The notes under the pieces are model-generated. The model saw only the letters and a program-made list of their open reading frames with translations, was not told the origin of the DNA and did not search any database. The translations under genes and the position numbers were made by a program. From NCBI RefSeq assembly GCF_902713615.1, contig NW_024055478.1:492363-556362 (forward strand): a stretch of 64,000 nucleotides of DNA. Reading direction: 5' to 3'. The stretch is from Scyliorhinus canicula (Eukaryota). The number at the start of each line of letters is the position of its first letter. Position 1 is the first letter of the stretch. Positions 1 to 13,155 of this stretch are shown in pieces.

Positions 1-150
1 GTCACTGTCCGTGTGGAGTTTGCATATTCTCCCGTATTTGCGTGGGTTTCGTCCCCACAACCTAAAGATGTGCAGGGTAGGTGGATTGAACACGCTAATA
101 TTGCCTCTTTAATTGGAAAAATGAATTGGGTACTCTAAATTTTTTTTTTT
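1..150 (+). mobile_element. Partial tRNA-derived SINE (HE1-like)
   Basis: gtcactgtccgtgtggagtttgca...gatgtgcagggtaggtggattg core shared with many copies in the window. Confidence 0.75.
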
Positions 151-1469
151 TAAATCTTAAGGTCTCGTCTTCTTTTCACCCCGATTGGCTTTAACTAATT
201 TATAATTCACTCAATTCGGCCAAATTGTCTGTCTATCAATTTTAAGAGATATATGTATTTAAATATATTGGTGCCAATTTCTCATTCCATCGCCTGCCAA
301 TTTTCTAACTTATCCACACGTGCATCGAGACATTATTGGGGAAACACAGTTTTCGCTAAGAAATTATCAGCCCTAGACTGGATGTTACTACAGAGACGGA
401 ACTACCAGTTCTTAACTGAATAACAATGGGGCCTTTTATCTAGTTGATGTCATTGTTCTTACAATCGTAAGCAAGTCTCAAGCAACTTGCAAAATGTAAA
501 ACCTGAGAAAGAAATTCGAGCGTGTTATCTGGATTAACCCTTAATGGGTTCCCAGCTATTCGTTGCACTAAAGTAATGCCTACTGTGAGTATAGTTAATT
601 TATTCTTAATGAGTTCTCATTTAAACTTTTTATATCTGACAAAAGTCAATTTCTATAACTCCTTTACTCATTGTGAACAACCCCAGCCTGACATCCACAG
701 TAAAGAAAACAAAGAATATGTTAATGTCTGAAATCAATTGGGAATGTTTAATTTCTGTTTTAAAGATATTCTGAATATGTTGTCCTGGACAATAAATGAA
801 TTGGAATACTTTCCCTTGGGTGTGTCTCAATGGAATATATCAATCTGGTATCCACCTACGTTCTCGTGAAAGTCTGGAATGTGTAAATGGGATGAATAAG
901 TTGATCACTTTCTCTTGGAAATATTTACATCCTTGCCCATGAACTTTGTTTTAAAGAAGTCCAGCCACTACATAAAATATCAGCACCGTAACATGGGGAG
1001 ATAAGAAAGACAGACTCACTTTGGTCTTTTCATCAGCACATCTGAGAGTTAAGAATGTGTGACATGATTTGGGGATACTGGTGTGAGTGTGCAGATGTGA
1101 TTTGTTACATGTGAAAAACAGCAAGTGTAAATTCACAGTGAAATGGGCTGAAGAGTGGGACCCAAACACACACAGCTACTTGAGACACAGCAGGAGATAA
1201 AATGGTTAATGTGACCAAGGGATTGAGACAACATTGTGACAGCACCAAGGCATTGACACACACTCCAGAGAGAAACTGACTTTAAAACAATCAATGGAGA
1301 TGGTGCTTCTACCCAGAGTGTAATGGTAATGCTGCTGCACTTAGATACTACTGCTCAGACATTAGAGTGTGTCTGCTCTTATTTATACTGAATAAAATCT
1401 AACCACTGCCACCAATAAGGGCTATAACTGTGAATCATTTCAGAGTTTGGGAAAGTGGGGGTGTTAAGG

Positions 1470-2665
1470 GTCAATACAAATCAGGAGTTGGCCATTCGGC
1501 CCCTCGAGTCTGCTCCACCATTCAATGAAATCAGAGCTAATCTGATTGTGGTCTCAACTCCTTTCCTTCCTCCACCCTTTCACTCTCTTGTCAATCAAGA
1601 ATCTATCAAATTCAGCCTTAAAGCAGACTCAAAGGCCCTGCCTCCACCACTCTCTGGGGAAGAAAGATTCATAGACCCACAGTCATCGGGGCAAAATTAT
1701 CAGCATCTTCAATGGGAGACCCCTTATTTGTAAATGTTGTCCCCTAGTTCTAGTCTCTGCCACAAGGGGAGGCATTCTCTCTGTCAATTCCAGTCAGCGT
1801 CTCATGTGTTTAAATAGGATCATCTTTCATTCTTCTAAACTGCAATGGATACAGGCCCAACCTGTCAAACCTTTTCTCAGAGGATAACCCCCTCATTCCA
1901 GGAATCCGGGGAGTTAACCTCTCTACTGCATCTAAAGCACTTATCTCATTACTGAAATAATGAGACCCAAACGGTACACAGTGCTCTAAATATGGTCCCA
2001 CGAAGGCCCTGTACAACTGCAGCAAAACATCCTTACTTTTTGTTTCCATTTCCTTTGCAATTAACAACAATATGTCATTGACCTTCCTGATCACTTGCTG
2101 TACCTGCAGACTAACTGTATCAGGGCACACTGATCCCTCTGTAACTCCAAGTTCTGCAATCTCTCCATTTAAATAATATTGTTTATTTAATACTTCCTGA
2201 CAAAATGGACAATTCACATTTTCCAAAGTTATGCTCCAGCTGACAGGTTTTTGCCACTCACTTAGCCTATTTGTAATCCTTTGCAGATTCCTAAAATCCA
2301 CTTCACAAATTACTTTCCTACCTGCCTTTGAGGCATCAGAAAATGTAGCCGCCAGACATTCAATCCCGTCATCCAACACATTCATACAGATTGTAAATGG
2401 TTGGGAGCCCAGCACTGAACCTGGTGACATTCCACTTGTCACATCTTACCCACCCAGAAATGACCCATTTATACCTACTGGCTGCTTCCTGTTCACAAAC
2501 CAATCCTCTATCATTGCTGATATGTTGCCCCCACACCATGAGTTCTTATTTTGTGTAATAACCTTTGATGTGACAGCTTCGGAAATGATAAAAGCACATC
2601 TACAGGTTCCCCTTTATTGACATCCCTTGTCACTTCCTCAGAGAACCTTGCTAAATTAGTGAATA
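1470..2665 (-). mobile_element. CR1-clade LINE 3' fragment (degenerate RT and tail)
   Basis: ORF 1810-2442 has the LLQLYRAFVGPYLEHCV and FDRLGLYPLQFRRM motifs of the CR1 ORF2 C-terminus. Confidence 0.85.
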
Positions 2666-2667
2666 AA

Positions 2668-2846
2668 ATGAAATGAAAATCACATTGTCACAAGTAGACT
2701 TGAAATGAAGTTGCTGTGAAAAGCCCCTAGTTGCCACATGCCGGCACCTTTTCGGGGAGGCTGGTACGGGAATTGAACTGTGCTGCTGGCTTGCCTTGGT
2801 CTGCTTTCAAAGCCAGAAATTTAGCCCTGTGCTAAACCAGCCCCTA
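2668..2846 (-). mobile_element. SINE with (tttca)n tail
   Basis: aaatgaaatgaaaatc...cccctag...gctaaaccagcccc; same family at 15165, 55535 and 58690. Confidence 0.8.
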
Positions 2847-3629
2847 ATGTTCTAGTCATGTTCAGAATGTTCTAGTCAATCACGGTTGATTCCCTGAACC
2901 CATTTTCAAACACTGTCAAAAGTAAAATCAAATTTCCTTTACCCCTCTGGGTCCTTTGCCAATGGCCTTAGACGGACTCACTTTCTGTTAAAGAGCCTGT
3001 CAAACTCTCACCCACTTTCCCGAAAGTGAACAAATTTAATCAGGAAAAGTCAACAAATTCAAATATTTTCCTGTGAAAAGTTTATTGATCAAACAGAACA
3101 GGGTTTAAAAAAATAACAGAAAATTACTTGAGGATCAAAGACAACCAGAGTAACAGGATGTTCACAATATTCTGGTCCCAAATAGTTTCCCTTCAGCTCC
3201 TTTGTACCCTGTTCCCTGTGACTCCCCGCTTTGGACACGGGGCACTGAACCGTCAGGCCCTGTCACCCCTCTCCACTGAACCCTGATTGGTTGGAGGTCC
3301 AGTTCCCAGTCAGCCTCGAGCACCTTCCTGTCTCTATTTGTGACGCACATGGCAGTTCCCCAACTGAGGAATAGGCCCCGTTATTGTCAGCTAAATTCAG
3401 CCCTCAGCTCCATCACCTCGCTGTCATTGACATGAGCAATAGAGACAGAAAGGTGCCCGAGGCTCAAATAGGAAGACAAAACTTGTGGATTTAGACCCCC
3501 ATAAAGGTCAGCAGCTTTTGAGAAAAAAATCAAATTCCCAGTCAACAAATGAAAGGATGACACGACGGGACTTCAAGTTTTATGACTTTTGTACTGATAA
3601 CGGCACCGTTGCCGCTTCCGTCGACGCAG

Positions 3630-4824
3630 TGTAGCACGGGCCCGGGGTGACGGCGACATTGAGGATCTGGGGGCAGTGGAGACGGCATGGGGGGGAGGCA
3701 GGGACTTCAATCTGGGCCCCAATACAGAATAATCACTGGTTCGTTCCGGGTAGAATAGACGGGGCGTTCCTAAGTTGGCACAGGGTGGGTATCAAAAGGA
3801 TGGGGGACGTGTTCATTGATGGGACTTTTGCTCGTCTGAAGGAGAAATTTGGGCTACCCCCAGGGATTACCTTTAGGTACATGCAGGTTCGTGAAAAAGG
3901 TGGGGGAATTCCCACTGCTGCCTGCCCGGAAGATACAGGACAGGGTGGTCTCAGGGGTGTGGGTAGGGGATGGCAAGATATTGGAAATATATCAGGAGCT
4001 GCAGAAGGCGGAGGAGGCCTCGGTGGAGGAGCTGAAGGGCAAGTGGGAGGAGGAGCTGGGTGAGGAGCTGGATGAGGGCCTGTGGGCTGACACCCTGGGC
4101 AGGGTCAATTCCTCCTCACCTTGCTCCAGGCTCAGCCTGATATAGTTTAAGGTGGTGCACCGGGCACATATGACAGTGGCGAGAATCAGTATGTTCTTTG
4201 GGGTGGAGGATAGGTGTGTGAGGTGCTCGGGGAGCCTGACAAATCATGTCCATATGTTCTGGGCATGCCCGGCACTTACAGGGTTTTGGAAAGGCTTCGC
4301 AAAGGCTCTGTCCAAGGTCCTGAACACTCGGGTAAAACCGAGCTGGGGGATAGCGATATTTGGGGTATCGGACGATCCGGGAGTGCAGGAGTCGAAAGAG
4401 GCCGGAGTTCTGGCCTTTGCCTCCTTAGGAGCCCGGAGAAGGCTCTTGTTAATGTGGAGGGACGCGAAGCCCCCAAGCGTAGAGGCTTGGGTCAGTGACA
4501 TGGCGGGATTTCTCAGGTTGGAGAAGATAAAGTTTGCCTTGCATGGGTGCTTGCAGGGGTTCTCCAGGCGGTGGCAACCGTTCCTTGACTTTCTCGCGGA
4601 ACATTAGGTGGAGGTCAGCAGCAGCAGCAAACCGGGGGGGGGGGGGGGGGGGGGGGTGCTTAGGCAGTGGATGGATTTCATTTGAAAAGGGCAGATACCC
4701 CACCTTATTTTGTTAAATTAAGTTGTTTTCTGTTTTACTGCTACGTTTTCTTTTCGTTGTTTTCTTTTTGTAGTACTTTGTAAAAATTATTGAAAACTTT
4801 TGAATACAAACAAATTTTAAAAAA
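3630..4824 (+). mobile_element. L1-clade LINE 3' end (ORF2 C-terminal Cys-rich domain, 3' UTR)
   Basis: SRLSLI*FKVVHRAHMT...C.RC....NHVHMFWACP motif; G-run and T-rich UTR ending in an A-rich tail. Confidence 0.85.
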
Positions 4825-5074
4825 GTTTTATGACTTTTAATACAACAAAAACAAACTAGAAGCTACTTTAACTCAGAAACCTACACGTTAAACTATAAAC
4901 GAGAACTGTGCCCTTGCAAAATCTAAAATCACACTCCACGATTATAGTTACTCTGTCCTGGAAGTAGAAACTTAATTGTGTCAGAACCTGTCCGAAGTGA
5001 AGATTCATTCCCGAGGATTTACTTCCGTTCTTCAACCAAGACACCGAGGTAAAAAAAGGGAGAATAGAATAGAA

Positions 5075-5665
5075 TGTGAACTAGCAAAATACATAAAAAT
5101 GGACTGTAAAAGTTTCTGTGGCTACGTAAAAAGGAAACGTTTGGCTCAGACAAAGATTTGTCCATTCCAGATAGAGTCAGGAGAATTTAGAATGAGGAAC
5201 AGAGATCTCTACAGCCACCTCGGTCAACACTCTGGGATGTGGGGATCATCAGCTTTTGGGGATTTATTCACTTTCAGCCCCATTAATTTCTCCAGTACTA
5301 CTTTTTCACCAATACTAATCTCTGCCAGTCCCTTGGTTCTCTGGTGTTTTGGGGACAATTTCTGTATCTTCCTCTGTGAAGACAGCCACACATTGTTTAG
5401 TTTCTCTGCCATTTCCTTACTCCCCATTATAAACTCTCCCGTCTCTGCCTGGAATGGACCCACATTGGTCTTTGCTAATCTTTTCCATTTCACATTCCTG
5501 TAGAAGCTTTTCCAGTTGGTTTTTATGTTTCTCGCCAATTTGCTCACATCGGTTTCTTGATCCTCCTTTGCTGAATTCTAATGGATCTCATGGAATCTTT
5601 TAACTTTTCTTGTTAGCCACGGCTACATCATTTTTCCTGTTGGATTTTTGTTCCTTAAAGGAATC
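5075..5665. mobile_element. CR1 ORF2 fragments in both orientations
   Basis: KLARNIKTNWKSFYRNVKWKRLAKTNVGP (minus) and ELAKYIKMDCKSFCGYVKRKRLAQ (plus). Confidence 0.75.
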
Positions 5666-5699
5666 TATATTTGTTGTATAAGTGTGAAATGAAAGTTGC

Positions 5700-5906
5700 A
5701 AAAATCCCAGAGGACTATAGGCTGCTCTCGCCATTGACAGAGAGAGAGCTGACTGGAGCTGATTTAAGCTGAGGGTCAGCACATCTCAGGCGAGAGGCCT
5801 GGCTGAGAAGGCCGGGCCTTCATGAATAAACTCAGCCAATACAGGAGTTGAATCCTCACTGTTGGCCCCGAACCAGCCGTCCAGCCAACTGAGCTAACCG
5901 ACCCCT
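5700..5906 (-). mobile_element. tRNA-derived SINE (same family as 23562-23756)
   Basis: Minus-strand head GGGGTCGGTTAGCTCAGTTGGCTGGACGGCTGG. Confidence 0.8.
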
Positions 5907-6371
5907 GTTAAATATGTAATAATTCCTTAACCATTAGGTAGTCCCTGTACCAATCAGTTTCCCAGTCCACCTCAGACATCTTGCCCCTCATACCCGGATA
6001 GTTTTCTTCTGTGAGGGACATCCAGATAACTTAAACAAATGAACCATGTAAATACCAGGGCCCATCTCCATGGCAACGTGGCACGCTTTGGGGGGTTTGA
6101 AACAGAAATAGAAACTAAATATCTTCACACTTGCAAACACCCTTTCACTCTGTGATCCTTGTGCAATTTGAAGCCAGGTTGTAGCAACAAGTCTCAAAGA
6201 GCATCAGCCCACTGGAGGCAAAGTGGTAAGACCGGCCAGTCCAGCAGAAAGAAACCCTCCGACCATCCCCACTGACCACCTGTCAGAATGAACAAAATGC
6301 AGCCCTGGGTGTAGAGCAGAAACAATAACAGCAGAATCCAACCCCTGTAATCAATTGTGAAATTGTTGGTG

Positions 6372-7022
6372 TCACAGCAGGTGTGCTGAAACATGCAATC
6401 CCGTCTCACATTGAGAGGTGGACGGTGTCTCCCCAGTGTGAACTCGCTGATGTCTCCGCAGGGTGGATAACTGAGTAAATCCTTTCCCACACTGAGAGCA
6501 GGTGAATGGCCTTTCCCCAGTGTGAACTCGCTGGTGTGTCTGCAGGTGAGATAACTGAGTGAATCCTTTCCCACACGGAGAGCAGGTGAAAGGCCTCTCC
6601 CCAGTGTGAACTCGCTGGTGGCTCCGCAGGTGGGAAATGTGAGTAAATCCTTTCCCACACTGAGAGCAGGTGAATGGCCTCTCCCCAGAGTGAACTCGCT
6701 GGTGTGTTTGCAGGGTGGATAATTGAGTAAATCCTTTCCCACACTGGGAGCAGGTGAACGCCCTCTCCCCAGTGTGAACTCGCTGATGCTTCCACAGGCC
6801 CGATGAATCACTGAATCCCTTCCCACACTGAGAGCAAGTGAACGGCCTCTCCACAGTGTGAACTCGCTGGTGTGTCTGCAGGCTGGATAACTGAGTGAAT
6901 CCCTTCCCACACCGAGATCAGGTGAACGGCCTCTCCCCAGTGTGACTGCCTATATGAATCTCCACCTGAGATGGGGCTTGGAATCCCTTCCCACAGTCCT
7001 CACATTTCCACGGTTTCTCCAT
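6372..7022 (-). pseudogene. C2H2 zinc-finger array gene, [14 protein letters not shown]..., with one in-frame TGA at 6918-6920
   Basis: TGERPF linkers; six intact C-x2-C-x12-H-x3-H fingers and one whose first Cys codon is TGA; terminal-exon acceptor at 7381 (tttttacag). Confidence 0.8.
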
Positions 7023-8299
7023 GTTTTGGGTCTCCTCGTGTCTCTCCAGGCCGGATGATCAGTTGAAGCCTCATCCACACACACAAGGGTACGGTCTTTA
7101 CACGCTGTGAATAGTGTGATGTTTTTTCAGGCTGTGTAACTGGTTAAAGCTCTTTCCACAGTCAGTTCACTGGAACACTCTCACTGGGGTGTGTGTTGTG
7201 TGGGTCTCGGTGCTTTTCCAGTCACACTGATGTTTGAAATCTTTAGCTGACAGTTCCGGTAAACATTTCACCTTCTTGATTCAAAGGCCGATGATATTCA
7301 GGTTCTAAGGAATTGAGTGACTATCAGATCGAGACGTGACTTTTGAGATTTCTGTCTGTAATTCCTCCTTGTCTAATATCCTGTAAAAACAATTTACAAA
7401 ATTCATCACTGTCAGTACAGGGTAGAAACAGACAATTCTAGTTTCTATGTCACATTTTTTCCTTTCTCTTATTCCCCGAAAGCTGCAAATTTCCATCCCA
7501 CACATTCTCCCTACATTCACACTCTGCTGTATCTAATATTCACCCGCCCAATTCTCCTGAAGGTGCTGATTCATGTTAATTGATAGATCCAAACTCACAG
7601 CTTCCTGTCCAGGAAATCAGAACAAATACGAGCTGCAGTCAGCCATTCGGCCCATCAAACCTGAGCCATTCAATGGGATCATTGGTCGATCTACCTCAGC
7701 GCCATTTTCCCCACACTATCCCCATGTCCCTTGACCTCTTGAATATCTAGAAACCTATCAGTCTGTGTCTTGAAAATACTTGATGACTGAAGCTCTAGAA
7801 TCCTCGGAGGTCGAGAATTCCAAACCTTCACCACATCCTCAAACAAAGAAATCCCTCCTCATCTCAGCTTTCTCTCCGTTTACCTGCCTGTTCCCCATAA
7901 CCCTTAACACCCTCAATCAGAAATCTGTCTGTGGCTGGGGTGGGGGGATGTCAGGCATGTGATACGGGTCCAGGAGTAGCTGCTTTTCCACAGGTTCTGG
8001 TGCCACTAACCTATAATCTGACACTTATCTTGATTGCCCGGCACTCATCTCCCTAATCCTTGAATTAATATTTGTTATCGTGTCCCTGGAAGACTCGGGG
8101 TTTGGTCTGGTAGGATTATGCTGGAAAAAGTGAAGAAATCATCGATAAACAGCGCAGGTGGATTCAGCGGGAATGGAGCCGCCTTTTCAACATGGCGGCC
8201 TGACCCTCGGGAGGTCTCTCGACCCCCCCGCTCTCCGGGGCTCTCTGGGAGGCGGCAAAAATGATGACTGCCAACATTATCCGTGGTTTTGACCAGAGG

Positions 8300-9330
8300 C
8301 TGAGTGTGCTGACTCAATATCTGTGAACTCATGCGGCCCAGCTGCAAAACGCCATGAAGAGGTTCGATGATCCGGAGGAGAGAATCCTGAACATTCAGCA
8401 AGATGCCTCTTTGATGGAGGCAAGAATTCAATCCTTTGAAAACCAGCCGAGTGGCTGGCGGAGGTCCTGGAGGAAGGACTTGGAGGATCGAGGGTCGGAG
8501 AAAGAACATCCGAGTCGTCGGCCTGTCCGATGGTCATCATAGAATTCACAGCGCAGAAGGAGGCCACTCGGCCCATCGAGTCTGCGCCTTGGAAACAGCA
8601 CCCCACCCAAACCCATACCTCCCCCATCCCCATAACCCAGTAACCCCACCTAACCTGTTATTTGGGCACTAAGGGATATTTGTCATGGCCAATCCACCTA
8701 ACCTGGACATCTTTGGACTGTGGGAGGAAACCGGAGCACCCAGAGTAAACCTACGCAGCCACAGGGAGAACGTGCAGATTCCAGACAGACAGTGAGCCAA
8801 TCCGGGAATCGAAACTGTGACCCTGGAGCTGTGAAGCAACTGTGCTAGCGTGCTGCCCATAATGATGTTATTTTCTGTCCATTTAGTGTGGAGGGTAAGA
8901 CTCCCGTTAGGTACTTCAACGACCGACTGCCACGTTTTCTCAAGCTGGATATGAAGCCTGGGCATTTCAAATTAGAAAGGGTGCATCGGTCTTTGAGACC
9001 GAGGGATAGTTTTCATCCCAGGCCTGTAATCATTCACTTCCACAAATTGAGAGAATGTCCTGGAGGGGGAACAGCGAGGTAGCACCTGGCCCCAGGAAGG
9101 AGTGAGGATTTACTCCTTCCAGGACTTTGCGGCAGCAACACAAAGCGCCGAGGCTTCGATGAAGTTCAAAGTCAGCTCAAGCCTGTGGGGAGTGAATTAC
9201 GTCAGGCTTTACCCTGCAACCCGAAAAATGGTATCCAACAACTCCGTCAAGTCTTTCAATAATCCAACTATTGCCTTGACCTTCATTAAATCCATGAAGG
9301 GCAAGGATCTGGAGGGATGGTTTGCAGCTC
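8300..9330 (+). mobile_element. Degenerate L1 ORF1 (Transposase_22-like), interrupted by a SINE
   Basis: LEDRG/RRKNIRVVGL, ERVHRSLRPR...RPVIIHF, and FQDF...LYPA motifs across shifted frames. Confidence 0.75.
8540..8860 (-). mobile_element. HE1-like SINE nested in L1 ORF1
   Basis: catagaat tail, CR1-like 3' segment, core, and tRNA head ending gtgctgccc. Confidence 0.8.
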
Positions 9331-9399
9331 GGACTAACTCAGGTTCTACTCCAGACTCTTTTCCTGTCATGGTGTTGTCTGAATTTCAGAATCACAGAA

Positions 9400-9850
9400 A
9401 CACACATTGGGACAGGAGTAGGCCATTCAGCGCCTCGAGCCTGTCCTGCCATTTAGTGAGATCATGGCTGATCTGTGACCGAACTCCATATCCATGAATA
9501 TCTTTGCTCAACAAAACTCTACCTCAGAGTTAAACATAATAACTGATCCAGCTTCACTTGCTGTTTGTGGGAGAGAGTTCCAAACCTCTCCCACCCTGTG
9601 TGTGAAGACGTTCTTCCTAACACCTCTCCTGAATGGTCCAGCCCTAATTGTTTTAGACAATAATCCTGAGTTTTAGAATCTCCAATCAGTGGAAATAGTT
9701 TATCTTTATCTACCCTGTCTTTCCCTTTTAATATCTTAAATACTTCAATCAGATCACACCTAAAATGTCCAAATTTTGGTGAAAACAGGCCTAATTTATC
9801 GTTAAAACTTTGGGTCAGAGCTTCTGAAATCTCTCCCTCGCCTCCCACAG
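9400..9850 (-). mobile_element. CR1 3' fragment
   Basis: LGLFS...RCDLIEVFKILKGKDRVDKDKLFPL. Confidence 0.8.
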
Positions 9851-9896
9851 CATCCTGGGACACAATTCATTCAGACCCGGTAATCTAATAATCTTC

Positions 9897-10202
9897 TGGC
9901 CGGCACAATAGCAGAGTGGTTAGCACTGCTGCTTCACTGGGCCAGGGAACCGGGTTCGATTCCGAGCTTGGTTCACTGTCTGTGCGGAGTCAGCACGTTC
10001 TCCCCGTGTCTGTGTGGGTTTCCTCCGGGTGCTCCGGGTTCCTCCCACAAGTCCCGAAATATGAGCCTGTTAGGTGAATTGGACATTCTGAATTCTCCCT
10101 CTGTGTACCAGAACAGGCTCCGGAATGTGGCGACTAGGGGATTTTCACAGTAACTTCATTGCAGTGTTAATGTCAGCTGACTTGTGACAATAATAAAGAT
10201 TA
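9897..10202 (+). mobile_element. SINE ending ...cttgtgacaataataaagatta
   Basis: tRNA head with gggttcgattcc B-box; same family at 11815, 32092 and 46130. Confidence 0.85.
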
Positions 10203-10574
10203 CAATGAATGGGTCAAAGAGCCTCTATCCGTGCTGTAAAAAGAGGGAATGAATGAGAAGGACATTACAGAGAAACTGCCAAAGCCACAACATTCACCAG
10301 CTCTAAGGACACACCTTAGTTCCCTTTCCAATCTGAAAGCAGCCTGAGCTGGATTTACATTCCCCTTAATTCATCATTGCTGGGTGATAATCCTGTACTT
10401 CCTTACCTCACACCACTGTGACAGCACCTTCACTACACAGACTGCAGCAACTGACCAAACATCACCTTCCCAGTTATTCCTGAAGGCACCGCCTTCCCAA
10501 CCTGGCCCCTTGCCTGAGGTGTGGTGATCCTCAGGTCACATGACCGCCGGTCAGCTCTCTCTCCCGGGACCAGG

Positions 10575-10640
10575 CCCTGCGTCACAGCCACCAGCTTGGG
10601 GAAGCAGAGCGCATGCGCTAGCGTCTTGGTGACGCAACAG
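10575..10640. promoter_or_regulatory. Candidate bidirectional housekeeping-type promoter (NRF1 palindrome plus two opposed CRE half-sites)
   Basis: AGCGCATGCGCT at 10608-10619; TGCGTCAC at 10578-10585; GTGACGCA at 10629-10636; local CpG enrichment. Confidence 0.55.
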
Positions 10641-11814
10641 CTGGTGGGCGAGACCTGAAGGTTTCTGTTCCCAGCCGGGTCCTAGTGCCCGAAACAGATT
10701 TTAAAAATATTCACCCACTCCCAGGCTGAAGCTGATGGATGTTTGTTGCCTGGAGGTGTCTCTGGATTACGTAGACATTCAGTGTGAGAGGCTGCAGCCT
10801 CTGTATAGCTACCTGAAGTGGGTTATACAACGTTTGATTACATTTCGTGGTCCTTTCCAGTTCATTATCAGGATGTTTGTGTGATATTTTCTTAACATTA
10901 GGGTGATATTTCTTTATTTAAAATACATTTCAGCAACAGGCTTACTGGGGATTTTTAACGGATAGAACATTATTTATTATCGCACTATTTCCCTGGATGT
11001 TTGAACATCTCAGTCTCTCGTCTCTTTCACACTCACTGACACAAACAGAAATTAGGTAAAGGTCAAGTTGAAACTGTAATGATGAAAATGGAACGTAGCC
11101 TCCAATCTTTATATCTCTGCAGGTATGTTGTCTTCTTGTTTAGCTGATCCTTTAGTTGGAGTGAAGCGTTTTTAGAAATATATAATTCTCACGAGGCTCT
11201 GAAGCTTCTTGTAGATGAATAGCCAGGAGGTTGGTTCTCAGGGGGACTTGGAAGCTGGAATAAGTTCAGTCCTGTGGCTGCACTGGGAGACATTCAGCTC
11301 TGCTGGTTCAGCTGGTTCCTGGTCCTACAGATGCTTCTCACACACACATTTGCTTTGTTCAGGGTTTAGTATACTGCATCCCTGACAATTAACTGCATGG
11401 TTAAAACTCTGAGACCCAGAACACCCCGATACAATAGCAGTTTACGATGCTCACTCACGCTTATCTCTGCCCCAATTCGAGCTCATTCTCCTGTGTTCAA
11501 TACGGCACTTGGAGATCAACAGTCCTGAGATTTCATATTCCTCAAATGCTGGTTCATCCTGACACAACGACACATTTAAACTTCACAGGTGGCTGCAAAG
11601 TTTCCTTATGCAGGTCCGTGTTCAACTAAATATGGGTCACAGCATCGAATATTGCCCACAGTTTAATGTCCATAATAACATGTTAAGTTGCAGCCACCTT
11701 GGCAGAGTTTGTGGATCTTACAGTCTATAATATCTAGTATCCTTGTGCCGAACGTGACATCTTCAATCTACTCTTGGGTCTGATTAATACAGTGCATTGT
11801 AGCTGGGTGGGATG

Positions 11815-12112
11815 GGCGGCAGGGTAGCAAAGTGGATAGCAATGTTGCTTCACAGCTCCACGGTCCCAGATTCGATGCACAACTTGGGTCACTGTCTGTG
11901 TGGAGTCTGCACGTTCATCCCGTGGGTTTCCTCGGGTGCTCCGGTTTCCTCCCACAAGTCCCAAAAGACGTGCTGTTAGGTGAATTGGACATTCTGAATT
12001 CTCCCTCTGTGTATCCAAACGCGCGCCGGAATGCGGCAACTAGGGGCTTTTCACAGTAACTCCATTGCAGTGTTAATGTAAGCTTACATGTGACAATAAA
12101 GATTATTATTAT
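11815..12112 (+). mobile_element. SINE (same family as 9897)
   Basis: Shared core and tail. Confidence 0.85.
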
Positions 12113-12119
12113 GGAGGGG

Positions 12120-12290
12120 GTGGTGATTACTCTGGCTGCCGACTTCTGTTCCGTGGTCTTGTCTATTCCCAGTGGCCCTGAAGAGGGAGCATGTGGTATC
12201 CACCGGAATGTTTGACACCTTCCACACCCAGTGGATACCTCAGCGGACAGAGTGTTTCAGAGACACTGGGAACCATATTCTGGTTCCGTT
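12120..12290 (+). mobile_element. Tx1/L1-like ORF2 C-terminal remnant
   Basis: REHVVSTGMFDTFHTQWIPQ-like motif. Confidence 0.4.
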
Positions 12291-12465
12291 AGGAAGGTTC
12301 CCTACACTTTTGTTGGGGCTTCTGGCTGATTTTGGTCGTTTATTTTGACTGGACCACATGCTTGGGGAAAGCAAGAGCAGAAAGAAGGTCTAATAGAAAC
12401 TAGAATGATCTGTTGTGCATTTCTATCACATTCATACAGTGATCATTTTTGGAAACCTATTTCAG

Positions 12466-12718
12466 ACATCAGAACGGGAGGATTGGCAGCTGGGCAACTC
12501 CAACCAAATATAACATCAAGATCTCACAGTCACTCAATTCATTAGGATCTAAATATCACAAACTGTCAATGTGTTTGCCTGTTCTGACTGTGGGAAGAGA
12601 TTTCAAACATCAGTGTGACTGGAAAAGCCCCGACACACACACACACACCAGAGTGGGAGTGTTCCAGTGAACTGACTGTGGAAAGAGCTTTAACCAGTTA
12701 CACAGCCTGAAAAATCAT
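12466..12718 (+). pseudogene. Truncated 5' part of a paralogous zinc-finger terminal exon, cut by a CR1 fragment at ~12720
   Basis: Shares gatttcaaacatcagtgtgactggaaaagc and gtgttccagtgaactgactgtggaaagagctttaaccagttacacagcctgaaaa with the reverse complement of 7125-7240; ctatttcag acceptor at 12465. Confidence 0.8.
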
Positions 12719-13149
12719 CTTGTTTCCTCTTGTGGGAGAGTCTAGCACGACAGGGCATAATCTAAGAGTGAGGGGTCTCAAATTTAGGACAGAAATGAGG
12801 AGATATTCTTCCATCAGAGGGTAGTGAATCTGTGGAATTCTTCAGCTGGCATTCTATCTCTGCAGTTTACCATAAATAGGCAGAGGTGAAGTTGGCTTTA
12901 CCTGGATGGGCCGCTTGGTGGCGCAGTGGCTCTTTCACTGAGCCTTTCAAGTTCACTGAACTTTCAAGTTCAGACACATCCCAGACAGGACTGGTGAGGA
13001 ATATCTGTTTGGGAAAGGGGAGACAACTGTATAATCGGGGAAAAAGATCAGTGCCGATGGACCTGAGAGAAATGAGTTCAGCAAAGTCTTACTTTCTTCA
13101 TTTTTCATTCAATATTAATTAAAATTTCTGAGAAAATATTACACAAAAG

Positions 13150-13155
13150 TTTATT
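13150..13155 (-). terminator. Probable membrane-form polyadenylation signal AATAAA
   Basis: First AATAAA I found on the minus strand, ~400 nt after the TM2 stop. Confidence 0.55.
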
